A stretch of 64,000 nucleotides of DNA. Source: Camelus ferus (Eukaryota). Made by a program: the position numbers and the translations under genes. Position 1 is the first letter of the stretch; every line of letters begins with the position of its first letter. The notes beneath the pieces are model-generated. The model made no database searches. It saw only the letters and a list, made by a program, of their open reading frames with translations, and had not been told where the DNA came from. Shown here one piece after another: positions 26,399 to 38,190 of the stretch. Location: positions 26,600,001-26,664,000 of the forward strand of contig NC_045697.1 of NCBI RefSeq assembly GCF_009834535.1, written 5' to 3'.

Positions 26399-26596
26399 GT
26401 GTAGTGGATAGACTTTACGGTGGCCCTTCATGGTTCTTACTTCCTGAAGTTCATACCTGTGTATAAATTCCCTACTCTTGAATGTGGGCAGGATCTGTAC
26501 CTTAGCAATAGAATATAACAAAGGTGATATATGCTATTTCAATGATTAGATTACATTATATAGGATTCCAATCCACTAGAAGAGTTGCTCTAGAGA
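26399..26596 (+). mobile_element. MLT1-type (MaLR) LTR, 5' part, interrupted by the L1
   Basis: Begins TGTAGTGG; contains MLT1-like cttgaatgtgggcaggatctgt...aatagaatataacaaaggtgat. Confidence 0.7.
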
Positions 26597-26936
26597 CTTT
26601 CTTTCTTTCTTTCTTTCTTTTTTGACATTTTTTATTGATTTATAATCATTTTACAATGTTGTGTCAAATTCCAGTGTTCAGCACAATTTTTCAGTTATTC
26701 ATGGACATATACACACTCATTGTCACATTTTTTTCTCTGTGAGTTATCATAACATTTTGTGTATATTTCCCTGTGCTATACAGTGTAGTCTATTCTACAA
26801 TTTTGAATCCCAGGCTATCCCTTCCCACCCTCCACCCCCCTGGTAACCACAAGTCTGTATTCTCTGTCTGTGAGTCTATTTCTGTCCTTTATTTACACTT
26901 TGTTTTTGTTTGTTTGTTTGTTTTTGTTTTTGTTTT

Positions 26937-29900
26937 TTAGATTCCACATATGAGCGATCTCATATGGTATTTTTCTTTCTCTTTCTGGCTTACTTCACTT
27001 AGAATGACATTCTCCAGGAGCATCCATGTTGCTGCAAATGGCATTATGTTGTCGGTTTTTATGGCTGAGTAGTATTCCATTGTATAAATATACCACATCT
27101 TCTTTATCCAGTCACCTGTTGATGGACATTTAGGCTGTTTCCATGTTTTGGCTATTGTAAATAGTGCTGCTATGAACATTGGGGTGCAGGTGTCATCCTG
27201 AAGTAGATTTCCTTCTGGATACAAGCCCAGGAGTGGGATTCCTGGGTCATATGGTAAGTCTATTCCTAGTCTTTTAAGGAATCTCCACACTGTCTTCCAT
27301 AGTGGCTGCACCAAACTGCATACCCACCAGCAGTGTAGGAGGGTTCCCCTTTCTCCACAGCCTCTCCAGCATTTGTCATTTGTGGATTTTTCAATGACGA
27401 TCATTCTGACTGGTGTGAGGTGATACCTCATTGTAGTTTTGATTTGCATTTCTCTGATAATTAGTGATACTGAGCATTTTTTCATGTGCTTTTTGATCAT
27501 TTGTATGTCTTCCTTGGAGAATTGCTTGTTTAGGTCTTCTGCCCGTTTTTGGATTGGGTTGTTTATTTTTTTCTTACTGAGTCGTGTGAGCTGCTTATAT
27601 ATTCTGGAGATCAAGCCTTTGTCGGTTTCACTTGCAAAAATTTTCTCCCATTCCGTAGGTTTTCTTCTTGTTTTACTTCTGGTTTCCTTTGCTGTGCAGA
27701 AGCTTGTAAGTTTCATTAGGTCCCATTTGTTTATTCTTGCTTTTATTTCTTCTAGGAGAAAATTCTTGAGGTGTATGTCAGATAATGTTTTGCCTATGTT
27801 TTCCTCTAGGAGGTTTATTGTATCTTATGTTTAAGTCTTTGATCCATTTTGAGTTGATTTTTGTATATGGTGTAAGGGAGTGTTCTAGCTTCATTGTTTT
27901 ACATGCTGCTGTCCAGTTTTCCCAACACCATTTGCTGAAGAGACTGTCTTTATTCCAATGTCTATTCTTGCCTCCTTTGTCAAAGATGAGTTGACCAAAA
28001 GTTTGTGGGTTCATTTCTGGGCTCTCTATTCTGTTCCATTGGTCTATATGTCTGTTTTGGTACCAATACCATGCTGTCTTGATGACTGTAGCTCTATAGT
28101 ATTGTCTGAAGTCTGGGAGAGTTATTCCTCCAGCCTCTTTCTTTCTCTTCAGTAATGCTTTGGCAATTCTAGGTCTTTGATGGTTCCATATGAATTTTAT
28201 TATGATTTTTTCTAGTTCTGTGAAATATGTCCTGGGTAATTGGATAGGGATTGCATTAAATCTGTAGATTGCCTTGGGCAGTGTGACCATTTTGACAATA
28301 TTGATTCTTCCAATCCAAGAGCATGGAATATCTTTCCATTTTTTAAAGTCTTCTTTAATTTCCTTCATCAATGTTTTATAGTTTTCTGTGTATAATTCTT
28401 TCACCTCCTTGGTTAGATTTATTCCCAGATATTTTATTACTTTGGGTGCTATTTTAAAGGGGATTGTTTCTTTACTTTCTTCTGTTGATTTATCGTTAGT
28501 GTAAAGAAATGCAACTGATTTTTGAACGTTAATTTTGTAACCTGCTACCTTGCTGAATTCTTCAATCAGCTCTAGTAGCTTTTGTGTGGACCTTTTAGGG
28601 TTTTCTACATATAGTAACATGTCATCAGCATATAATGACACTTTTACCTCTTCTTTTCCAATTTGGATCCCTTTTATTTCTTTCTCTTGCCTGACTGCTG
28701 TGGCTAGGACTTCCAGGACTATGTTGAATAGGAGTGGTGATAGTGGGCATCCTTGTCTTGTCCCAGAATTTAGTGGGAAGCTTTTGAGTTTTTCACCGTT
28801 GAGTACTATGCTGGCTGTAGGTTTGTCATATATAGCTTTTATTATGTTGAGATATGTTCCCTCTATACCCACTTTGGTGAGATTTTTATCATAAATGGGT
28901 GTTGAATTTTATCAAATGCTTTTTCTGCATCGATTGAGATGATCATGTGGTTTTTGTCCTTTCTCTTGTTGATGTGATGTATTACACTGATTGATTTGCG
29001 TATGTTGAACCAGCCTTGTGTCCCTGGGAAGAACCCCACTTGGTCATGATGTATAATCTTTTTTATGTGTTGTTGGATTCTATTTGCTAAAATTTTGGTG
29101 AGGATTTTGGCGTCTATGTTCATCAGTGATATTGGCCTATAATTCTCTTTTTTTGTAGTGTCTTTGCCTGGTTTTGGTATCAGGGTGATGGTGGCTTCAT
29201 AGAATGAGTTTGGGAGTATTCCCTCCTTTTCAATCGTCTGGAAGAGTTTGAGAAGGACTGGTATGAGTTCTTCTTTGTATGTTTGGTAGAATTCCCCGGT
29301 GAAGCCGTCCAGTCCTGGACTTTTACTTGTAGGGAGGTTTTTAATTGCTATTTCTATTTCCTTTCTAGTGATCGGATTGTTCAAGTGTTCAGATTCTTCT
29401 TGATTCAGTTTTGGTGGACAGTATGTTTCCAGAAACTTGTCCATCTCCTCTAGGTTATCCAGTTTGGTTCCATATAGTTTTTCATAATATTCTCGTATGA
29501 TATTCTGTATTTCTATTTTGTTTGTTGTAATTTCTCCATTTTCCTTTCTTATTTTGCTAATTTGTGCTCTCTCTTTTTTCTTCTTTGTGAGTTTGGCCAG
29601 ACATTTGTCGATTTTACTTACTTTTTCAAAAAACCAGCTTTTGGTTTGGTTGATTTTTTTCTATGGTCTTGTTAATCTCTATTGTATTTAATTCCTCTCT
29701 GATCTTTATTATTTCCTTCCTTCTGCTGCTTTTTGGGGCTTTTTGTTCTTCTTTTTCTAATTCATTCAGGTGGTAGGTTAAATTGTTTATTTGAGATTGT
29801 TCTTCTTTTTTGAGGAAGGCCTGTATCGCTATAAACTTCCCTCTTAGCACTGCCTTTGCTGTGTCCCATAGGTTTTGAGTGGTTGTGCTTTCATTATCAT

Positions 29901-30724
29901 TTGTCTCAAGGTATTTTTTAATTTCAGCTTTGATTTTCTCATTGATCCATTGTTTTTTCAATAACATATTGTTTAATCTCCATGCTTTCCTTTTTTTCTC
30001 TTTTGTTTCTGTTGTTGATTTCCAGTTTCATGGCATTGTGGTCAGTAAAGATGCTTGAGATAATTTCTATCTTCTTAAAATTGTTGAGGTTTCTTTTGTG
30101 CCCAAGTACATGATCGATCCTGGAAAATGTTCCATGTGCACTTGAAAAGAATGTATATCCTATTTTTGGGGGGTGTAATGCTCTGAAAATATCCACCAAA
30201 TCTAGTTTTTCTATTGTAGTATTTAATTTCTCTGTTGCCTTGTTTATTTTCTGTCTGGAAGATCTGTCTAATGATGTTAATGCAGTGTTAAAATCTCCAA
30301 CTGTGATTGTATTCCCATCAATATCCCCCTTTATCTCTGTTAGTAATTCTTGTATGTACTTAGGTGCTCCTATATTGGGTGCATATGTATTAACGAGTGT
30401 AATATCCTCATCTTGTGTCACTCCTTTAATCATTATAAAATGTCCTTCTTTATCTTTCTTTATGGCCTTTGTTTTAAAGTCTATTTTGTCTGAAATCAGT
30501 ACTGCAACACCTGCTTTTTTGGCTTTTCCATTTGCATGGAATATCCTTTTCCATCCTTTCACTCTCAATCTATATGTGTCCTTCTCCCTAAAGTGGGTCT
30601 CTTGTATGCAGCATATTGAAGGTTCTTGCTTTATTATCCAGTCTGCCACTCTGTGTCTTTTGACTGGAGCATTTAGTCCATTAACATTTACAGTAATTAA
30701 TGATAGATGTGTGTTTATTGCCAT
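26937..30724 (-). pseudogene. L1 ORF2p (APE endonuclease + reverse transcriptase + CCHC), four frameshifts
   Basis: EN motifs NVNGLN, QETH, GDFN, SRIDH, TDHN; Z-region and RT motifs [52 protein letters not shown] knuckle. Frame changes near 29994, 29657, 28885 and 27825. Confidence 0.95.
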
Positions 30725-31128
30725 TTTGAACTTATCTTTGCAGTTGAATTGGTATATCCTCTTTGTTCCTTTCTTCTTCCATTTGTGATTTGGTAATTTT
30801 CCTTTGTATTATCATGGATTTTATTTAATTTTTGTGACTCCTTTGTAAACTTTTGGCTTGTGGTTACCCTTTTTTGTAAATCTATCAACCCATTACTATA
30901 ACTGTTTTTATTAAACTGATAGTAACATGATCTCAAACCCATCCTACTGTTAAAAAAAATTTAAAAAGAAAGAAAAAAATATTCTATATTTCCCTGCCTC
31001 CCTCTCCCACTCTCAGTGATTTGTATGTCTTCTTTTATAATTTTGTGTTTACTTTATTTGTAATTCATGAGTTATCACCTTTCCAGTTGTGTGTTTCTCA
31101 TTTCTGTAGCATCCTGCTGCTTTTCTAT

Positions 31129-32033
31129 TTAGAGTAGACCTGTCAATATTTCTTTTAGCATGGGTTTAGTGTTGCTAAACTCCTGCAGCTTTTTTTTTTG
31201 TCTGTGAAACTCTTTACTTCTCCTTCTATCCTCAAGGATAGCCTTGCTGGATAAAGGATCCTAGGCTGCATCTTTTTTTCATTCAGGGCTTTGAATATAT
31301 CTTGCCACTCCCTTCTGGCCTGTAGTGTTTGTGTAGAGAAATCAGCTGAGAGCCTTATGGGGGTTCCCTTGTAACTTACTCTTTGCTTTTCTCTTGCTGC
31401 CTTTAGAATCATTTCTTTATCCTTGACTCTGGCCATCTTGATTATGATATGTCTTGGTGTGGGTCTATTTGGGTTCTTCCTGTTTGGGACCCTGTGAGCT
31501 TCCTGTACTTGGATATCTGATTCCTTCTTTAAGTTTGGGAAGTTTTCAGTCATGATTTCTTCAAAAACCTTTTCAATCCCCTTTGATCTTTCTTCTCCTT
31601 CTGGGACCCCTATTATGCGAAGATTGGGACGCTTTATATTATCCCATAGGTCCCTTATGCTATTTTCATTATTTTTTATTTGCTTCTCTTGTAGTTCTTC
31701 TGAATGGGTGCTTTCTATTGCCCTGTCTTCTAGATCACTAATTCGTTCCTCTGCATTATCTAGTCGGCTTTGCACAGCTATTAGATCATTCCTCATCTCT
31801 GTCAATGTGTTTACCCATTCTACTTGGCTCTTCTTTATAGCTTCAATTTCATTTTTGACATATTTTATATCTCCAAACACTATCTCTTTTAATTCCTTCA
31901 GCAATTCGATCACTCCTTTTTTGAAATCTATATCTAGTAGGCTATCAATGTCTATTTTGTTGATCTTTCTTTCAGGGGATTTCTCTTGTTCTTTTAATTG
32001 GGAAAGGTTTTTCTGCTTCTTCATCTTGCTCAT
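31129..32033 (-). pseudogene. L1 ORF1p (RNA-binding chaperone), one frameshift near C-terminus
   Basis: ORF 31155..32033 has coiled coil plus RRM/CTD motifs (NLRIIGVPEGEE, PRHIIIKM, REKQ, QARREW, YPARLS). The canonical ending KLQEFSNTKPMLKEILTGLL* is in another frame after the T10 run at 31190-31199; stop at 31129-31131. Confidence 0.93.
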
Positions 32034-32539
32034 ACTTCTTTGGCACTGTGGTTTATGGAGTATCAGTTGTTTATTTTGGTCCTTAAGGATTTTATCTATC
32101 TGATGCCTATTTAGGAATAAAACTTAGGAAAAAAAGAAAAAAAAAATAAGAGAGAGAAAGAATTTTAAAAGAAGGGAGAAAGAGGGTTTGAAAACAGTGT
32201 ATAATGAATAATAGAAGAGTGAGTTGAAGCAGAGTATTAATCGGGTTGAGACATCCTTTTAAAACCTTTACAAAAGGGGGGGGAGATGAATAGATGTATT
32301 TGAAACCTGTGTCTAATCAATAGCAGGACATCAAAACCCAAAAGAAATAGAAGTGAATTAAGAAGTAAAGATTAAGAGAGTAATAGAAAATAGAACAGGT
32401 AAAAACAGATTTAAAAAAAAAAAAAGAAAAAAGGGGGGGGGTGGTTTTGTCGGTGTTCTCCTGGAGTCTGTGTGCTTTTAATGTGAAGTCTTTCTGTCTT
32501 CATCCTGTTTTGGAAGCTCAGCTTGCTGTTTTCAGAGGC

Positions 32540-33708
32540 CCTCCGTTGACGCCCTCTTCTGTGCTGCTCCCAGCACCTGTTGGCAAGCAGATCGCGCCTC
32601 CTCCTAACACTGGGTCAGGTGCAGCTCTCTGCTGTGGGCGGGCTGGTCGCTGTTCCTCCGGATGCCGCAGTCAGATGTTGTAGACTGGCCAGGTAGGAGG
32701 GCGGGTCGTGCCCCCTCCCAGCACCTCGGTCAGGGGCTGTGTTCCTGTCCGAAAGGCGGGGGGGCCGCTCTCCCTCTACCTGCACCGCCAGTAGTTCTGC
32801 TCCTGTGCGGCTGCGCGCTCCGCCCTGGTCGGCGCTCCGCAGGTGGGCTCGGGGAAGACTGAGGGACAGCCTTGTCCCTGCTCCAAGCCAGAACCCAGCT
32901 CCTTGCCTGTCCCTGCGGAGCAAGTTCTCTGAGGGACCAGGATGGAATGATCCTATCTGCCCCGGGCTGCAGGCCAGTCTCAGTCTGGCCTTTGAGGCTG
33001 CTAAGCCCTTCGGTGCTGATGCAGGTTTCGCTCCCGCCCCCGCCTGAGTGCTCAGCGCAGAGGATATGGCGGCTGTGCCTGAGCCCCGCCTCTCTTCCCC
33101 CGAAAACTTTCCGCGGGTTTTCAGAGATGGGGGTGTGCACCCTTCCCCCGAGAGCACATCAACCTTGCTGTTTTATGGAGGGCCCAGGTTGTTCTGCCCT
33201 GTGCACCCACAGCCACGGCGCGCAGCCCCTTGCGTTCCCCCGGGGCTGCCTCCGTGCAGCCACTTCCGTCCTCCGCCCGGCTTGTGCAGCCTGGCCCTGC
33301 CTGCCGCTGCCGGCCCGCGTCTCAGGCTGGGTGTCAGGGGGACGCTCTGTGCCCGTTTAACTTAGTTCTGTTAGTCAAGGGCTGCTCTGTACAGATCCGA
33401 GCTTCGGAGGCTCCTCCTCCGTCCCGCTGGCCTCTCAGTTGGAGAGGGGAGACCCAGCGAGCGAGCGCCAGTCCTCCTTTGCCGCTCCCTCCCCACGGGA
33501 CCCGTCCCGCGCTGCTTTGCCTTTTGTTCTTTCTTTTTTCCTTTTCTCCTACCAGATTTTTGGCGTCTTTATCTTTTGAAGAGGGCGATGTTCTGTCGGA
33601 GTTCCACAGGTGCTCTGGTTGGCTGAGTGGGTCTGTAGATGTGGGTCTTGGTGTATTTGTGGGAGAGGGTGACCTGCAAGCGTCCTTCTACTCCGCCATC
33701 TTCTCCCT
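32540..33708 (-). promoter_or_regulatory. L1 5'UTR internal promoter / CpG island with YY1 site
   Basis: The only long CpG-dense stretch in the window; + strand CCGCCATCTT at 33693-33702 matches the YY1 motif found at mammalian L1 5' ends. Confidence 0.85.
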
Positions 33709-33721
33709 CTTTCTTTCTTTC

Positions 33722-34048
33722 ATCAAGAGGAGGTTCACATGTACCCTCTTGATGCTAAGACTAGCCCAGCTAGAAGCCAGGGGTCTCAGTCCTTTAGCCC
33801 TATGGAAATAAATTCGCCAAAACCAAGTGAGTTTGAAATAGGATTCTTCCCTAGTTGAGCTTCCACATGAGAACCCAACCCAGTCAACAGCTTGATTAGA
33901 CCCTGGTAAGCCTGGTAAGACCCTAAGCATAGGTCCAGTCTAAACTGTGCCTAGATTCTTGCTCCAACAAACCATTAGACAATAAATGTGTCTTCTCAAC
34001 ATCTCTGCTTGTGCTAATTTTGCTACACAGTAATAGAAAACTAACACA
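33722..34048 (+). mobile_element. MLT1-type LTR, 3' part
   Basis: MLT1-like cccTAGTTGAGCTTCCACATGAGAACCCAACC, AATAAATGTG, and terminus ctacacagtaatagaaaactaacaCA. Confidence 0.75.
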
Positions 34049-35329
34049 CTATTCCTCTTTAATTGTCTGGTTCCTTGGAGACAAATTATGCTGCTCACTG
34101 CTGAACATTTATTCTATAAGTTTATACAAAGCCTGACATAGTTTAGAACTGGACTATCTGACTGATTTTGCAGTTTTTCTAATTATATCTAAAAATAATT
34201 ATTAATCTTATAAAATGTCTGAAAGTATACAAAACATGATTAAGAAATCAAAATACCACCTTTCTAACTGGTGCCCATTTTGAAACTCAGTTGTATTTTG
34301 ACTATGCACAGTATTATAGATACCTGAAATGTCATAGCCACACTGGAAGAGAGGCATCCATTGGTCTTCATTGGAAAACACAGCTGTGTTAAACCCTTCT
34401 TTCTTCAAAAGGCAAAACCTATGCATTCCTACTTGAATAGCTTTTAAAGGTTAATTAAAGGCAGTGAGTGATAAAAATTTATAAGCTTCTGCTTATAATT
34501 TTTTAATGGTACCATTTCCGACCTTTTGATTGTGATCCCATGGTGTGCTATCCAGACCCCAGCTGTTCACCACTCCCATCAACTTAAAGAACTCAACAGA
34601 CCAGAGTGTCTTTTTCTAGGACAGATTTTCTCAAGATCAGCTATGGTGAGCACAGCATCCTCGAGCTATTAGTAGGTTTTTCTGATGTCAATGGGATAAT
34701 CTCCTTTTGGAGATTCAGTCAACTTTAGCTTTTCATAAACACCTTAAAGTTCCACAGCTAAGAAAAATAGTTTTTTTTTAAAGCAGCATCGCTTATATGT
34801 ATTTGTCCTCAGTAGCTTTTTTCTATTCTCTAAACATCTTTCTGAAAAATTCTCTCTGCAGAAAAAGTATGTGAAAAGAATAACCATTAATTTGTAATCT
34901 CTCTTCAAGGCAATACTTCCAGTAACCTTGGTAGTTGAAATGTGAAGCATCAAATTGATTAAATAACAAAATAATGTCAGACAAATGAAACTAAATGTTC
35001 ACATGAAATAATTCCATAATGAAACATTGTTACAGATTAGTGATGTGTGACCAAGATTAATCCAGACAGAAACTTGGACATACTGATTTTGTTTAATTAA
35101 CGTTGTTCCACTCAGCTTTTTAATGCCTTAACTTAAAACCAAGAAAGAATTAGATCAACATTAGGAAGAAGCAATAAATATATACCAATATATTTATATT
35201 GGCAATTTGAATATTTAATGGAATATCAGTAAAATGATAATCCTTTGAATTTTGAATAGAGTTAAATTGCCTCCTGTCTTCAATTTTTATTTGCACTCAT
35301 TAGCACTAATAATGGAGGGATATATTCCC

Positions 35330-35765
35330 AAACACTAATCCAGCTACTGTGGTCTCTTTGCAATTTCATAAATATACCAAGCATCTCCCAGCTTAGCACT
35401 TACTGTTCCTTCTGACTGAAGATCCCTTCCTCCAGATGGCCAAATGTGTTGCTTCCTCACTTTATGCAGATATTTACCCAAATGTCACATTATCAGAGAG
35501 CTCTTCGCTGGCTACCTTCTATAAAAAGAAGACACCACCTGCCTCACTTCTAATACACTCATTAATTTACTCTTCTGTATTTTTCTTATAAAACTTAACA
35601 GTACTTGACAGAATGCATATCTGTTTATTTGCTTATTGACTGCCCAACGAAAGTATGGGCTTCCTGACACTGAACACTTCGTTCTGTTGTAGTCGTTGTG
35701 GATCCCAACATCTAGAATAGCACATAATTCTCAGGAAGCGTTAAATAAATAATACATGAATTAAT
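35330..35765 (+). mobile_element. L2 3' fragment
   Basis: ctgttccttctgactgaagatcccttcctccagat..caaatgtcacattatcagagag..tctagaatagcac..taaataaataatacatgaattaatgaa. Confidence 0.65.
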
Positions 35766-35834
35766 GAAATAACAGATGCTCATCCTTCAGTGAAGAACTT
35801 TAAGCAGTTGTTGAAGACAAATTTAACATATGAG

Positions 35835-36470
35835 GATAAATGTAATTCACCATACTAAAAGACTACTAAAAAAATCATGTATGATCATCTCAATAGATGC
35901 AAAAAAGCATTTGGTAAAATCCAACTTCCATTCCTAACAAAAACTCTCTGCAAACTACAAATAGAAAGGAACTTTCTCAACCTGATCCTTGTATCTACAA
36001 AAAACCTACAACTACTATATGCAATGGGAAAAGACTAGATACTTTCTTCTAAGGTTGGGAGTAAGGCAAGGATGTCCATTGCTAACACGTATTGAACACT
36101 GCACATTGTCTAGTCAGGTCAATAAGGACAAAAAGATGAATAAAGGGCATCCAATTTGGGAAAAGAGCAAGTAAAACAGCCTTTATTCACAGATGACATG
36201 ATTGTCTATATAAAGCATTCTATGAAATTCATTAAAATATTACTAGAACTAATATGTGAGTTTAGCAAAACTTCAGAGTAAAACAATTAAACATGCAAAA
36301 TTAACTATTTCTATAAACTAGCAATGAATAATTGGAAACCTTCGAGGGTAATGATTACATGCATTATTTTCATCACGGAAGTGGTTTCATAAGTATGTGA
36401 CATATGCCAAAACTTACCAAATTGTACACTTAAAGTATAGTTTATTGTATATCTATTATAAAGCTACTAA
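35835..36470 (+). mobile_element. Old L1 ORF2 RT fragment fused to an L1 3' end
   Basis: atgatcatctcaatagatgcaaaaaagcatttggtaaaatcc (ISIDAxKAF), GVRQGCPL, ttcacagatgacatgatt (FxDDM); 3'UTR-like tail from ~36340. Confidence 0.8.
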
Positions 36471-37439
36471 AAGAGAAAGAGAGAGCAAATTTGAACAGAC
36501 AGTTAGGAGAAAGAATAAAATTGCTTTCTACTTTCCTCTACCAAGTTGACCTGATTCAATAAGCTGGTTATGTTTGTGTGGGATAGAATGAGAATATATA
36601 TAAAGTGGTTAGCACATGCCTCCTTTTTCTTACTTCCTTGGCTGATTTGCAGTCATACCTCTTTCCTTTAAACAATTCTCAGCCTGAAATAGTTTATGGT
36701 TTTAGGATTTCTTAACCTTAACTGTCTTCTCCCCAAAGAAAATCATTTGTAAATTTGTTTAGATTATTAAAAGTGACCTCAAAGGAGAGGTACCTGGCAG
36801 TGTCAATCATGGTTCCTGTTTCTAGGCAACTAGTCCCTGAATTCAAGGAACAGAGGTAGATGTTTTCAACTTTAAGTTTATCTTAATCATTTAACCATTC
36901 ACAGAGTTTATTTATAGTGCTGTTGCTTCCAACATATATTTCACAATGGGTAAAACTCCAATTATGCTTTCTATAATGATCTTTAAGTGCTAACGAGCAA
37001 TGATACTCAAACCAGTATATCAAGATCCTCATTTTCAACAGCCTTCTAAACATACGCACTTAGATAATGTCTTCTAAAATTGCAGATGCTTAAAAAATAG
37101 TTATCATATTCCCCCTCCAAAATTTTGTTCCTCTGATTTCATCCTTTTTGAGTGATTAATTACAAAGGCAGAAGCATATACCAGGTGTATAAAAAAAAGA
37201 GAAATAATCAAATTATTTTCAGGGCATCAAAGAGACCTTTGGTGAATATATTTGGACTTTGTCTTGAAGGAAGAGGAAGAGTTCTCCAGGTAGACAGGAA
37301 GATGCATCCAAAAAGAGAGAGAACCAATGCCTGAAATAGCAGCAGTGGCATGGTGCCTTGGGGAGCTGCAAGGAATTCAGCATGGCTATTGCATAGTGTA
37401 GGGTGTGTATGCAGGAAGACGGCACAGAATCATGGGGAG

Positions 37440-38190
37440 GGGTAGTGGTATATTTTTGTAATCTACTTAAAAATAATTCAGTAAAGATAGTGGGGTATAT
37501 ATGTGTGAGGAAAGCACCCTGTGATGCAGTTGCTACAGAGGCTTTATTCTGTCCCACAGGGAGCTCTGGGTCTTGGGATGGCACTTCAGGGTTTTGTTAA
37601 TTGAAGCAAGCAGCCTGGGCCAGGCATTTGTACTGCCCACATGGAGTGGTCATTGTATGCCAGAAACCTCTAGGAGACAGGTTTGGTCTTTTGTCATGTG
37701 GTACTATTGCACTTTGTTGCAGCTTTGTTTCTCCAGGAAGTAAACCCTGAAATGAGTGTTGAGTGCAGACTGATTTCTCCAAAAGGCAGACACTGAGACC
37801 TAGTTAGGAGTGCACAAAGTTCACTAGGGAGTGACACCTGTGGGAGAAAAGAGGTGGAAGCCAGCTTGAGCAGGGGATGTCCACAGATCATCATGCAGAC
37901 CTGACTTTGTCTTGGCCAATCCAACAGGGAGTTCTAGAGTGAATATAAAGACTCATTCATTACAGGAGTCCCACAGTGGCTGGAAATGGCCATTATACCA
38001 CCACCTTGCTCAGTCATTGTCCCAGAGCCACTATGAGAGAGTATGACCTTGGTCCAGAAACTAAAAGAGCAAGAGCAAACTGAATGAGTCAACAACTGGA
38101 GGCTATCAGCAAACCACACTCCTTGCAACTGGATAGCAAGTGCTTTCTTAAGGAAAGATCCTAGCCACACACCTCCTAGTCTGCTACATC
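37440..38190 (-). mobile_element. LTR33-like ERVL LTR pieces
   Basis: aggcagacactgagac..agggagtgacacctgtggg..gccaatccaacagggagttctagag..ccttgctcagtcattg..ctagtctgctaca. Confidence 0.55.

Larger units (their letters stand above)
26610..33708 (-). mobile_element. Full-length young LINE-1 retrotransposon (~7.1 kb), frameshifted
   Basis: Minus-strand 5' end AGGGAGAAGATGGCGG; GC/CpG-rich 5'UTR; ORF1p and ORF2p fragments in correct order; AATAAA (+ tttatt 26631-26636) followed by A/GAAA tail; probable TSD CTTTCTTTCTTTC at 26597-26609 and 33709-33721. Confidence 0.97.

Noticed and set aside
27439..32103. + strand ORFs of 114-183 aa (27439, 28550, 30240, 31552)
   Set aside because: Antisense shadows of L1 ORF1/ORF2; their Ser/Phe/Ile-rich composition follows from the A-rich sense strand.
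32441..33365. Multiple overlapping 100-180 aa ORFs on both strands
   Set aside because: Expected from stop-codon scarcity in the GC-rich L1 5'UTR; no recognisable domain.
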